DNA of 64,000 nt from Klebsormidium nitens (lineage: Eukaryota; Plantae; Klebsormidiophyceae), in the NCBI GenBank assembly GCA_000708835.1, contig DF237398.1, positions 12,188 through 76,187 on the forward strand. Reading direction: 5' to 3'. Under the pieces are notes generated by a model. That model saw nothing but the letters and a program-made list of their open reading frames with translations. It was not told where the DNA came from and ran no database searches. The translations under genes and the position numbers were made by a program. Positions 11,856 to 23,800 of the stretch are shown here, piece by piece (position 1 is the first letter of the stretch; each line of letters starts with the position of its first letter).

Positions 11856-14800
11856 ATGTCAGAAGCCTCGGACGGCACTGCAAAGCGGCGGTCCAGCCGC
11901 CACCCCAGCTCGGACGCCACACTCGCGGACGTCCGGTGCCGCTTCTGGGTCCGGAAGAAACTCGCGCTGATCTCAGCAGAGGCGCTGTGGCGCGACGAGG
12001 AGCACGGCCCGGTGGTTGATGAGCTCATAAGAAGCTCGGGAAGGTTCTTCGCATTTGTTGATGGACAAGGCGCTTTGCGGTGCCAGCTGGAGCCACCTGG
12101 TGCATTTTCAGAGATGCTGTATTTGGTACGGGAAGGCGCGGGCGAGGTGGCGCATGAGAAGCTGGACGCGCTTGTGCAGTGTGGGGTCATCAGGGGGGAC
12201 CCGATGGAGTCGCTTCTGAGCGCAATGCAGGTGCGGGGGCCGAACTGTAGGTTGTGCCTTGGCGCCGGCTGTGACGCTCAGCTTGTGCGCACGCATGAGC
12301 ACACAGTTGCTGGCTTGACCACCCCAAACATCAGAAATGCTTTGCTGAACTATATTGACTGTACCTTGGAAAGCAACAATTGTGCATGGCGCCATGGCAT
12401 TGTGTTACTTTGATCGAGCATTTGACTTCTAAAGACCCAAACAACTGTGATGGAGCCAGGCAAGGGGCTCAGACTTTCTGCACCCATCGTATTTATTTGC
12501 AGAGCTTGTATGTGCCCAATCTGCTGGGGAACAAGAGCTGGCCCGACAGTCTCATGAAGGAGTTCTCCAGCCAGCTACACAAGTTCATGGCCACCCTGAC
12601 CGACGCCCACTTCCAGGTAGATGCTCGCTACCGCCCATGCTGATGCATATGGAAGATCATTAGATTCAAGCAGCGCATGCTTTCCGCTGGCATGGCACTG
12701 TTTGTATGCTAAACTCTGCACAATCAGAGATGCATACTGAATGCAGGGCAGTGATTACAGCGGGTAGTTGCAGACGGATTGACAAAGCAGGAGCACTGCA
12801 TATGCCCGCTTATGAAACCACCAACAAAACGATCAGGAATGCTGAGCTTTTCATTGGCGAGTCGGGATTTTCACAATGCCCTTTCGTCCTCCGTTTGACT
12901 CTCCCCAACAAGCCTAGTTAGCAGCTTTCTCGGCAAGCGCTGGGCTTGCGCCAACCCCCTTCTTGCTTAAACAGCGCGCAGAGCACCTTTCAGAAAATGC
13001 AGAGAACCTACAGTAGTCTCATGTGGTTGTGTGGAAGGTTCAGGACTGATCACCCTTTTTGAATTGTGATTTTTGGAGAACCCAGATCCCGGTGTAATTA
13101 CTGCACGATAGAAGGATATCGCCTTTCCAAAGATGTAACAAGTGGCAGCGCGGTATAACAAGCTTCCAACCACCCTCTCCCCCGTACCTTCGTTTTGCAG
13201 GCCAAGGGCAAGACCGTGTTGTACATCCCCACCCGGGGCAAGCTCCCGGGTCCCGGACAGGAGTACACCGACGCGGACGCTAAGGACAAGGACCTCGTCC
13301 AGCAACTAGAGTCGACACTGATCCACTGGACGCGCCAGATCAAAGAGGTGGGCGGGCCCCTCTTCTGTCCGCTCTAGTTTCTTCTCTATAGCGCAGGCTT
13401 TGTGGGACTGTGCGCTCACGTGAAAGCTTCATGACAGCCTCTCGGATAGGACAATCACAGGCGGTCCGAAACTGGCATTGTGAGTGGGCTTTGCACCAGG
13501 CATGTGGTGTCTTTATCGAGTACGGATGCGGAGAAGCAGCAGCAAGCCTTTTCAAGATTTTTAAAGCATGCACGTTCGACCAATCGAGGGTGCTGCCGTT
13601 CAGAAGGGCGGATTGTGAACCTGGATGGGAATCCTTTTTGAACAGGTGGTAAACAACCAGGACAATTCCGAGATTGGGGAGGACGCGGGGCCGCTCGCAG
13701 AGATCGAGTTCTGGCGCAGCCGCAGCATAGACCTCAGCGGAATCCGTGCACAGCTGGACCAGAAGGTGAGTACCCGGTTGCGTGATGCCTTCTAATTTGC
13801 AGGGGTTTCAGCGTTAAGGATCTTCTTAACTCGTGAAGTTTACTCTTGACTGTGTTTTTTAGCTGCTTGCTGGACGAACACCAGGGCATGAGAGCAGCCC
13901 ATGTTGCAGGCAGCTCTTCGGAAGGCAGGTGGAATCACTCGCGGACATTTCCATCGTTCGGGATCAATCCACCATCAGACGTTGTTGTAAGTATGTCTCT
14001 CGTTGTGCTTCCTGACAGACCCTCGTTTTCAAGCCTTGTAAATGGTGGCTCGATTCCATCAACCCAAGGGAGTGTCGCGCCTGATCTCTGACTGTTGTGC
14101 TCATTTTAAACTCGTAGGGCATTCTCTAGGAGCACCTGTCTGAGACCGTACCCCTGATGTCGATGTTAAGAAATCCCCTACACTGAGTCAGTCCCCGGAA
14201 ACACCTTAGCTCCTTTCACATCAATTCCCCACCCCTCCAACGCCCATGAAATCCTAGCCCTTGAACCTGATTACTCCCCTGACCCGCCATGCCCTGACGT
14301 TTGATATCCAAACCTCCGCAGGGCAATCTCTCAGTTGTGGGCATCCTTAAGCAAGCTCGAAGCAACTAATCTAGGCCCGTGCTCAAATCCTTGAGCCTAA
14401 AAACTCTCTAAATCCCAACCTCTCACTTTCTCATACCCTCAGAACTCTCACACTTTTTGCAGGGCGTTCTCTCGATCGTGGGCATCCTCGAGCAAGCAAA
14501 GAGCAGCTATCTAGGCCCCTATCTCAACCTGTCCGCGCTGATCCAACGAGAAGCGATTGCGGCCGAAGACAACCTCAAGTTTCTCCAGTGCCTGGAAGAG
14601 CCGTGCAAGCTGCTTGCGAAAGCGGCCCCCCGGGACATCCCCGCCCTCATGCCCCGGTTGCTGAACACAATCAGAATGATCTGGAACGTCAGCCGGTTCT
14701 ACAATACCCCGGAGAAGGTCATGGGACTGCTGCGCAAGGTGAGGGGTGTGCAGCGGAGAAGTTCTGCTTTTGCCGGAAATTCTGGATGAGCAAAAAGAAG

Positions 14801-17800
14801 ACAGGACGATAAGGACTAATGACGGGCATCAAAAAAGTGTTCGTGCCCTTCAGACAAGGCCTCGAGTTTCAAAGAGGATCCGCAAATCCGTAGTAGAAGC
14901 TTGCTGAAACTCTTGATCACCGACTAGAAACACGTTATGTGTTAGTCCCCGTCCTGAACATTGTCTAATCTCCTTAAGATAACTATGGTTAACAAGAAGG
15001 ATGGACGGGAAACGCGGATTGAACCCTCCCGGCTTTGAAACGAGGATTGACGGTGCGGATCGGTCTGATCGAAGCGTCTATTCCCGAGACTTGGCTTGTT
15101 CGCAAATGGGCGCGCACGGGTCACGTTTCCTCTCTTTTTATTGAGGACTCCGAAGCAACTAGACACCTTTTCTTCGCTGCAGGTCAGCAACGAGATCATC
15201 GCACGCTGCTGCTTCACCATTTCCCTCAAAACCCTCTTCGACGGCGGCGTCGACACGTGCCGCGCCGCGCTCCAGGAAAGCATCGCGGCCGGCGAAGCCT
15301 GGAAGCGCGCCTTCCAAACCACCCAAACCCTGATCGCGGCCGCCGTCGCGACCGCCCGCGCGGGGCCATCCCTAGCCGCGCGCGCGCCGATTGCTGGGAC
15401 GCCGAAGTCGACAATCTCCATGGCGGGTTTCGGCGCGCCGTCGCCGAACGGCGCGGCCGCGGCCGCGGCGCTCCAGCCGTGGGACTTCGAGACGAGCGGA
15501 ATCTTTGCGCACGTGGACGCGTTTATGCAGCGGTGCCGCGACCTGTTGGAGGTGTGCGACGCGCAGGCGCAGTTTGCGGGGCGGGTGGAGATGCCCGCGT
15601 TCGGCGGCACGCGCGGGCCCGAGATCAGCAAGAGCCTCGTCGACATCCAGGTGGGGGTTTTCAAGTCTCGCGGCATTTTGACAATTGATTTACTTAGTGG
15701 CATGGTTTACCAGCTGAAACTCGGGCTCCGCGTATGTAAGTGGTTCAGACATGTTGAGATTCTGGAGGCCTTGAATCATGTGGAGGTTCCTTTCGCCCCC
15801 TAACGTGCGACTGCCAGGAATGCTTGCGGGATGAACATGTTTTCGATATGCTCCTGCTGGTCGATCTCGAAAGGGTATGCATGCGAACCATTTTGACTTT
15901 CTGATTGTTAGCCGAATTGCGGCAATCCTCGCAACGGCTTTGACGAAAGCGATGGGCGCGGAAGCACTACTTAAGCACTAACATAAGGAGCTTGGACTTC
16001 GTCCTACAAAGTAGCTGCACTTCGCGTTTGCCGTTCACAACACCCAGCACCAAACAACTGCACCTACTCTGTCGCGAACCAGTATCCGAAGGCCCTGTAA
16101 ATCCAATTTCCACGCAACTCCCCGCTTTCAGGCCGCGTTCCAGAAGCTGATTGCCAACCTACGAGGCCTGGATTACAACATCCTGGACGTCAAAGTGACG
16201 CGCTGGCACGACGACTTCAACGCTTTCAAGGGCGCCGTCAAGGACTTGGAGGTGTTGATGCAAAACGTGATAAACCTCGCGTTCGAGAGCGCGGGGTCGC
16301 TGGGCGCGGCCGCGGAGGCGCTCGACGCGTTCCAAACCCTGGCGAAGCGCGACGCGATCGTCAAGTGCGTGGAGCGCAAGACGAGCGAGGTGAGGCGCGC
16401 GCGGCGCTCGAAGAGTTTCGGGGTTTGAAATCTTGCCAGGAGCGGCAACGAGTTGGACTCCTGGAAGTCGTATCAGATATGGCGCGGGAGAAGCTGCGAC
16501 TGAAGTTTTTTGGCCGAGCGAGAGAATCGTTTTTCTTGTGATACAACTCCGTAGAAGAGAAGGCGCTTTGACAAGGATCGGCTGCTGTACATTCTCCTCG
16601 TTCTTCGAAAAGTTGCCAGTTATCAGGACTTGCTCCGACTCCGACATCTTCAGTCAGCCGCATAGTCTGACGTTCTGAATATGTTGCTTCGCCAGGTGTA
16701 CACTGCCTTTCTTTCCGAGCTGTCCCTCGTGAAGAAGCAGTTCGACCAGCTCCGCCGCAAACCTCCCGTCGACAAAACCCTGCCGCGCTACGCGGGCGCG
16801 GCCATGTGGGCGCTCGGCCTCCAGCGGCGAATCGCGCGCCCGATGGCGCACTTGAACGAGATTGCGCCCCTGCTCGCGCGCGCGCCCGAGCTCGCGGAGC
16901 TCCAGACCCAGCAAGGCCAGGTCGTGGCGGCCATCGAGCAGGTGCGGTTCGGTAAATGGTCGCCGGTTAAATGCATTTAAGACGAGTATGTACTCGTTGG
17001 ACACCTCTTAATATTTCTTTTTTCGCCCTATCTCCTCAAAACTTGCATGCGGAGATCCAGATCTAGTGCTTAGGATCGGGCGTCAGAAGCGTGGCTGAAT
17101 ATTCAAAAGGGTCCCGCTAATGTGGACCTCGTCGCTCGTTTCTGCGTCGCATCCAATATCAGTACCTACAATGCGTTGCGGACTGCTGAAACAAATTACC
17201 TCAGAGACCCTGAACCCTGCCAATTCAGCATCTGACATACGTCTCCGGAAGGCCCTGTTTCTGACGCCATCGTTCCCGTGCGCAGTTCATCAAGAACCAG
17301 CACCTGGAGTGGTTCAACCAGGTGGGCCCCGAGGTGCCGAAGCGGCTGGAGAACACGCTGATCGTGCAGGACGCCGCGGACGGGGGCCTCGTCGTCAACT
17401 TCGACCGGACGCTGCTCAACCTCTTCCACGAGGTGCGGCCGCGCTCGAGCTTGGAACTTTACTTCTGTATGAGTTTCAGATGATTCTTGAACCTCAGAGT
17501 TTGTCACGAAGTTGAAGATTCAATTCTATTGCATCCCCGCATGTGTCAGGTCCGGAGCTCCTGTGGGGCGGATTGCACAGCTTCAAATGTAATCAAGGGT
17601 CAAGCTCGACGTCAATCAGCTCTCTTATGTGTTTCTGATTGTTCCTGCGAGTCTCTGATTGCCGTCTTAAACCCTTTTATCACTCTTACCCAAGGAGGAC
17701 GATGCTTCATGATGATTGATCAAGTCAAGCGTGGCTCAAAAGTAAGCGCCGTTCTGTATCTGAAGGTGCATTACTGGGAGCGGTTGGGGCTGGAGATCCC

Positions 17801-20800
17801 GTACGTGGCCATGGAGATCGCGGGGCAGCGCGAGAAGTACCGCGTGCTGCGCGAGAACGTGCTGCTCGTCGTGCGCGACTACAACAAGGTGAGCGGCACA
17901 GATTAGCGAGACGCAAACTGGCTTAACATCGTGGCAGCTATCGTCCTTTGTACAGCAGGTGATTTGTTGGGAATTTCGATCAGAACAGAGATTGCAAGCT
18001 CGGAGAAAGGTGCTACAGAGGCGCCCAGAGGTGTTACAAACAGCACGGAGGGATAACTGCTAATCAAACCCCGCCAAAAACAGTCAAAGAGCCATCCCCA
18101 TATCCTCCCTCGTGCCTTTGTTGTTTCCATCTAAAAAGGAGACGGGTGAGCTGCTTTTCTATCGACGTTTGCTCAACGGCTGAGCCGCTTTGTTGTTGAC
18201 GTTGGCAGATTCTGGGCATGCTCAACGGCGAGGAGAAGCGGCTGTTTGTGGACCGGATCCGGTACCTCGACAAGAAGATCAGCCCGGGGTTGAACAAGGT
18301 GCGCGCAAGGGCCACGATTCTGACCAGATTCGAAATAGAAATGCACGTCCACATCTTCCGAAATTTCAGGAAGTTTCGACAGGCTGCGGTTCAGAAAAGT
18401 GCGCAATTCTTGGAAGGCTTCTTTGAACTTGCTCCTCAAGCCGGGAAACAGTTTTCCTGTAAGGGAGATTATAGAAGCAAGAACCAAGAAACGTTTAGGA
18501 GGAATCTGCACTGGCCGACATCCTGATGCCGCCTCCCCGTTGCGGGCACAGTACCTCACTCTTAGTCTCTGGAACCAGAACCAACTCTAGAGCGCGGCAG
18601 TCAAGGACCTCATCTAGGAAAGCGAGGCCCCTTTTCCAAGCTTGGTCTCGTGTCCCGTTTTTGTAGCCTTTCGCTCCCCGCTCTGTAGCTGAACTGAATC
18701 GCTGCCAAGAACCACCTGGAGTACTACGCAAAGAATGCGATGGCGCTTTCCTCGCACTTTGGAGCTAACCCCAGCCCATAAACCCAAAGCTTAACCCTGT
18801 GATTTTGCGTGCAGCTGAACTGGATCGCGGCCAAGAACCATCTGGAGTACTACGTGAAGGAGGCGCGGCGGTTCTGCGCGGAGGTGGAGGCGACGGTGGG
18901 CGAGTTCAAGGCGAGCAGCGCGCGCATCCAGCAGCTGTGCAAGGGCATCGGCGAGACGCTCGTGGTGCACGTCGAGAAGAAGAAGGTCTACGAGAGCGGC
19001 GAGTTCGAGGCCAAGCAGGTGCGCGCGCGGTCCTACTAATCTTAGTAGTTTCTTTTCGTAGGGTTTGCCAAAAGCAAAGGTTTCCGTTTGCGTCTTTGGG
19101 GCTTTGGAAGTACTCTTATGTCGGAACTTCTGAGGAGATGAAAGTCTCTAAGTCTACGAGAGCGGCGACTCTGAGGCCAAGCAGGTGCGCGCGCGCGGTT
19201 TACGGCTGTAGCAGTCAGGTTTTACTGGGATTTCCAAACCCAGAATTTTCTCGGTCTTGTCTTTGGTCTCGACGTTTTCATGTCGAAGGCTTTGAGATAT
19301 TGCCGGAAACTTTACCTTCTTAGGCAGTCGGATCAGAACGAGGAAGAAGATCTGAAGGTGCATTCGAAGAGCTGCATTTGCCTGTCTCTTGTCTATATGT
19401 CCACTGGCCCTTTGTATGGTTGTGGCTGACATCATCGCTGACGCCTTACATCTCCTGGCTCTTACAGAAAGAGCACCGGCAGGGCGTGCGCGCGCGCTTC
19501 GAGGGCGCGATCGCGGACATCAAGCGGACGATGGAGTCGATGGCGGACGTCTTCGCGGGCGACTCCGACGACGTACACGCCGAGTGGGTCAAGTACACGC
19601 ACAAGGTGGGCGTCGCGGCCGCGGGGCGGCGCGCGTGGGGTTTACGATAAGAGCAGTCGCTATGTAAACTCTTGCGGCCACTTGCTGAATCGTCCGGCAG
19701 GATCTGCAGCGGACGTAATAGAGTACGATTGCGTTGGTCTCAGCGGCATTGGTCATTGATACCCTTACCTTCGTGTCAAGCATCGACTTTTTTCGCCAGC
19801 CTTTTGAGCCAAGCCGTTCTTCTTTCTGTGAGTTGCTTGGAAAACGGAGGTGATGTGATGCTGACGGGAGCGAAAATGTTGACCTGTAACGCACCTCAAC
19901 GAGAAAGCATCGGTTCCTTCTTGGAGTCAGTCGAAAAATTTGGATCTTCACCATCTACGAACGCACTCCGGCAGACGATCTTTCTTCGCATCCAATCAAA
20001 AGGTGACACGTGTCGATTTCCGTCCAGGTGGACAAGCTGATGGAGGACGCCCTGCGGCAGACCGTCAAGCGCTCCCTCCAGGAGCTCTCTCGGGCTCTCA
20101 ACGGCGACGCAAAGACTGACGTCACGCCCATTTTCAACACTCTGGTCGCCCTCGATCGGTCCACGGGGAAAGTGGAGCTGCGGCCGTCGCTGCCCGATCT
20201 AGTTGACATGATCCACGCCGTCTGCCGGGAGTCGATAACGGTCATCACCGTCATTCCGAGGCTGGCGGAACCGTTACCACAGGATCCGAATGCGGCGGAC
20301 CTGAGCGGACCCGGGCCGCTGTCTAGTTTCTACGAGGTGAGAATAGGCCCCGCAATTATTCGCCAAGCTTAAGGTGAAGATTTCAAAAGTTTACGCAAGG
20401 AGGATGCTCGTCAGAATCCATCTTATCGTGCTCAGAGCTTATTTGACATTTTCCCGCTTCTCAATGCGTCGGAAACTCGTCTCGTGTTGGCCATTTGCAT
20501 CCTCTCGGCTCTCCCGAAAAGTCATTTGGAAAGGTACATCATCCTTTGAGCAAAGGATGCTCCGCTTTTGAACCCAAAAAGCCTCAAGATTTGCTTTCAG
20601 AAGCGTTTTCAACACTATTAACGAGCTCCCCTCCGCACACCCAGACCCCGTTCATTCTGGATTTGAAAATTTATCAATGTTGAAGTCGAGATTGCTTCTC
20701 AAATCGTCAATCCCCGCCCCGCCCCGCGCAGTTGATCTCGACCGACGAGGACACGACGCTGAAAGTGATCGTGGCGATCACGTCCGGGATGTCGGGCGTG

Positions 20801-23800
20801 GCGGAGAAGGTGCAAGGGTACCTGGGGTACTGGGAGAAGAAGTACAAGCACATCTGGGAGCAGGACAAGGAGGCCTACATCCGAAGGTGGGGCCAAAATT
20901 ATGCGCTGGAATTGCGACCTTTCAAGAATCTTTGAGGACTTACGTTTCAAGTCGCAATATCCTCACGTTTCTCGAAGACATATCTGTTGACTATAAATCT
21001 CGTGGAATTTAAAGCGAGGGGTGGGCTGAGGGTAACGTTGTGTTTGCTGAGTGATTGGACTAAAAAAGAAACCCTGTGTCTAAGAAACTCGGACTTGCCG
21101 TGCTTTGGAACTCGTGATAAGCTAGGGCACATTACATCGTACTCAAAACGCCGGTTGTCAGCACGCGGTAGAATCATACGATATCACACGGAATGCAACG
21201 CCTCAGTTGCGCAGAGATAACATGTTTCTTTTGCCCCGCTCTTCGCAGATACGAGAAAGCGAAGAAGCCGCTGTCGGCCTTCGAGGCAGATATCCAAAAG
21301 TACAAGGACTTGACCGACGAAATCGCGGGGGAGGACTCGAGCGCCACCATGCGTTTCCTGCGCGTCGAATGCGGCCCGCTCAAGCAGGCGATGACGCAGC
21401 ACTGCGAGCAGTGGACCTCCAAGTTCACGTGAGAAGTGCTGACCGACCTGGCAATCTTTGAAAAGCTCTTCTTCTTTTGCCACGTGCGTCAGCTCTGGTT
21501 TTGTTACGTATTCCCCGTCGAGGTCATGCCGTTTTGCAAAGTTTTCCGTACGGTTTCGAGGGTCGCCCTGCGCATATGAGGAGAAGGTCTGGTCTTCCAT
21601 CGAACTCAAGGAAAATAAGAAGTCGAGATAATGATAAGGTAACCGCACTGGGACGGGTAGGGTTAATCTAGTGGTTAGAGTGAATATGGTACGGAGCCGG
21701 TATCTTTTTGGGTTAGGAATTTCAATGTTGGTCGAAATTTACTCCCATCTCGGCTTCTTATTATCGCTTTTCAGTTTCATTAGTCTTTTGCTGCTTTGAG
21801 GTGCAACACAAAGACCAACTCTTCCTCTGCATAAAACATCAAAATACAGTAGAGCCCCTGTACTTGCTCGGTCTTCCTCTTCTTCTATAAGAAGATATCA
21901 AAATTTCTAACAAGGCCCAGACCGTGCGGGCGCGCAGGGCGCTCCTCAACTCGCTCGCGCGCGCGGAGCTGGAGTCGTTGCAGGCGTACTTCGCGGGCAA
22001 CACGACAGCCCTGAGCGCGCCACCTGTCAACCTGGACGTGCTCGCGGAGAGCGTGAACCTGTGGAAGAAGCTGGTGGAGGAGCGCGCGAGCGTGGAGGCG
22101 CGCTTCGAGCCGCTGCAGGACAAATACAAGACGCTCGAAAAGTTCGAGGTGGGTTAGGGGCGGGTTTGCGCAGAACTTCGGGTGGTTAAGGCAGGATTCT
22201 GAACTGTAAAGGGGTAGTTTGGGAGCGTCCGAGTGTGCAGACGGGCTTCAAGCCGCTGCAGGACAAGTAAAAAACGCTGGAAAAGTCCGAAGCGGGTTAG
22301 AGAGGGCTTGAGAAGGGTTTGGGGCACTTATTGAACAATTTTAGGGGTTCAGGGAGGGGTTTGGGAGCAAGAGCGGGGAAGCCCGCTTTGTATCGAGAAC
22401 CTCAGAAGGTTCAAGCACTCGCTCTGGAAAGGTTAAGAAAAGATATATGGGGAAGGAAAATCTTGTGAAAGTTTCAGAGGTTGCAGGGAAAGGAAAGCAT
22501 ATTTGCAATGACACTAACGGCAGGACCTTGAAAGACACTCACGTGACCGTGGATCTCACATTTCCCAAAAAACCAGACGCTTGCTACAAGTAAGAGTTCC
22601 AGAACCCAAAAACTCACTTCTTCTTTGCCTCGCAGGTCTCCCTTCCCGAGTCGGAGCTCGCGGCGCTCGCGCGCCTCCCGAGCGAGTGGGCGGCTTTCCA
22701 GGCGACCCTGCAAAGCACCGAACGGGACATCGAGGTCGCCAAGGACAACTTCCGGGAGAAGCTGGTCAAGATCGTCGACGGCTTCGTCAAGGACGTGGCC
22801 GAGGCGCGCGCGGACTTCGGCGCGCGCCTGCCCACGTCGGCCGACGTCAGCGTGGAGGAGGCGCTGCGGTTCATCGCGGAGGAGAAGGCCAAGGTGCGCG
22901 GCTGCGGCGCGGCTCTGATAATTGCTACACTGATTCTGGGGTTATGCTTGTTATAATGTTCAGTTCAAACAGGATGTGGCGTTCAAGCTGCCACCCCTCT
23001 TAAAGTTTCCAGCTTTAGTTTCGAATGGTCATGCTGAAATGCTGAACGCTCTTACTCGTCATCGTGCTCAGATCGACGCAGCCATCATCCAATGAAATCC
23101 GCGCAACTGACTGTTTGCAGACAGCTCATTCTCTGAAGTTTGTTCCACGAGTCTTTCAATCTTCAAATTTACAGGGCTGGGTTTGGATCTCTCAACCAGG
23201 TTTGTCGCTAAACCGACCCTCAATCCCGCAGGTTGAGGCGAACCAGCGGCGCGCCAAGGAGCTCAAGTCGGGTATGGACATTTTCGCGATCGAGCAGCCC
23301 GCGTACAAGGAGACCGCCGCCACGCTGAAAGACCTGGAACTTCTAGAGGGCATCTGGGGCCTAAAGAAGGAGTGGCAGGACTCCTATAGCTCCTGGAAGG
23401 ACGGCCAGTTTAAGGCGCTCGACGTGGCGGCCATGGAGGCGGCCGCGCAGCAGTGCAGCAAGCGAGTCACCAAGCTCGGGCGCGACATCAAAACGTGCGC
23501 TCGCGCTCCCTTGTTCTTGCTCGCAATATTGTTTCACATGTGGATCGTTTGAAACTGAAAGAATAGCCTCAGTGTGTTGAATCCGTCTTTCTTAAGGAGC
23601 ACGCTCCGCTCCTCGATTGCGGTTAATTAAAGGTTTGATAGTGCAACTGAAATCTGCTGACTCGAAAACTATAGACGTTCACTTGATTTCAAGTTGAAAG
23701 CCAGGTTTCCGAGGATTCTGACCTTCACTCGGAGCGTTTGTTACGCCGACAAAGTCGCACCAGAGTCGAAAGCCTTCGCAAGAGACGCATTGGCAGCTGG

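Noticed and set aside
17709-17763. ATGATGA...CTGA resembling snoRNA C and D boxes (similar at about 25842 and 42383)
   Set aside because: Spacing is too short or the D box overlaps a splice acceptor; no terminal stem.
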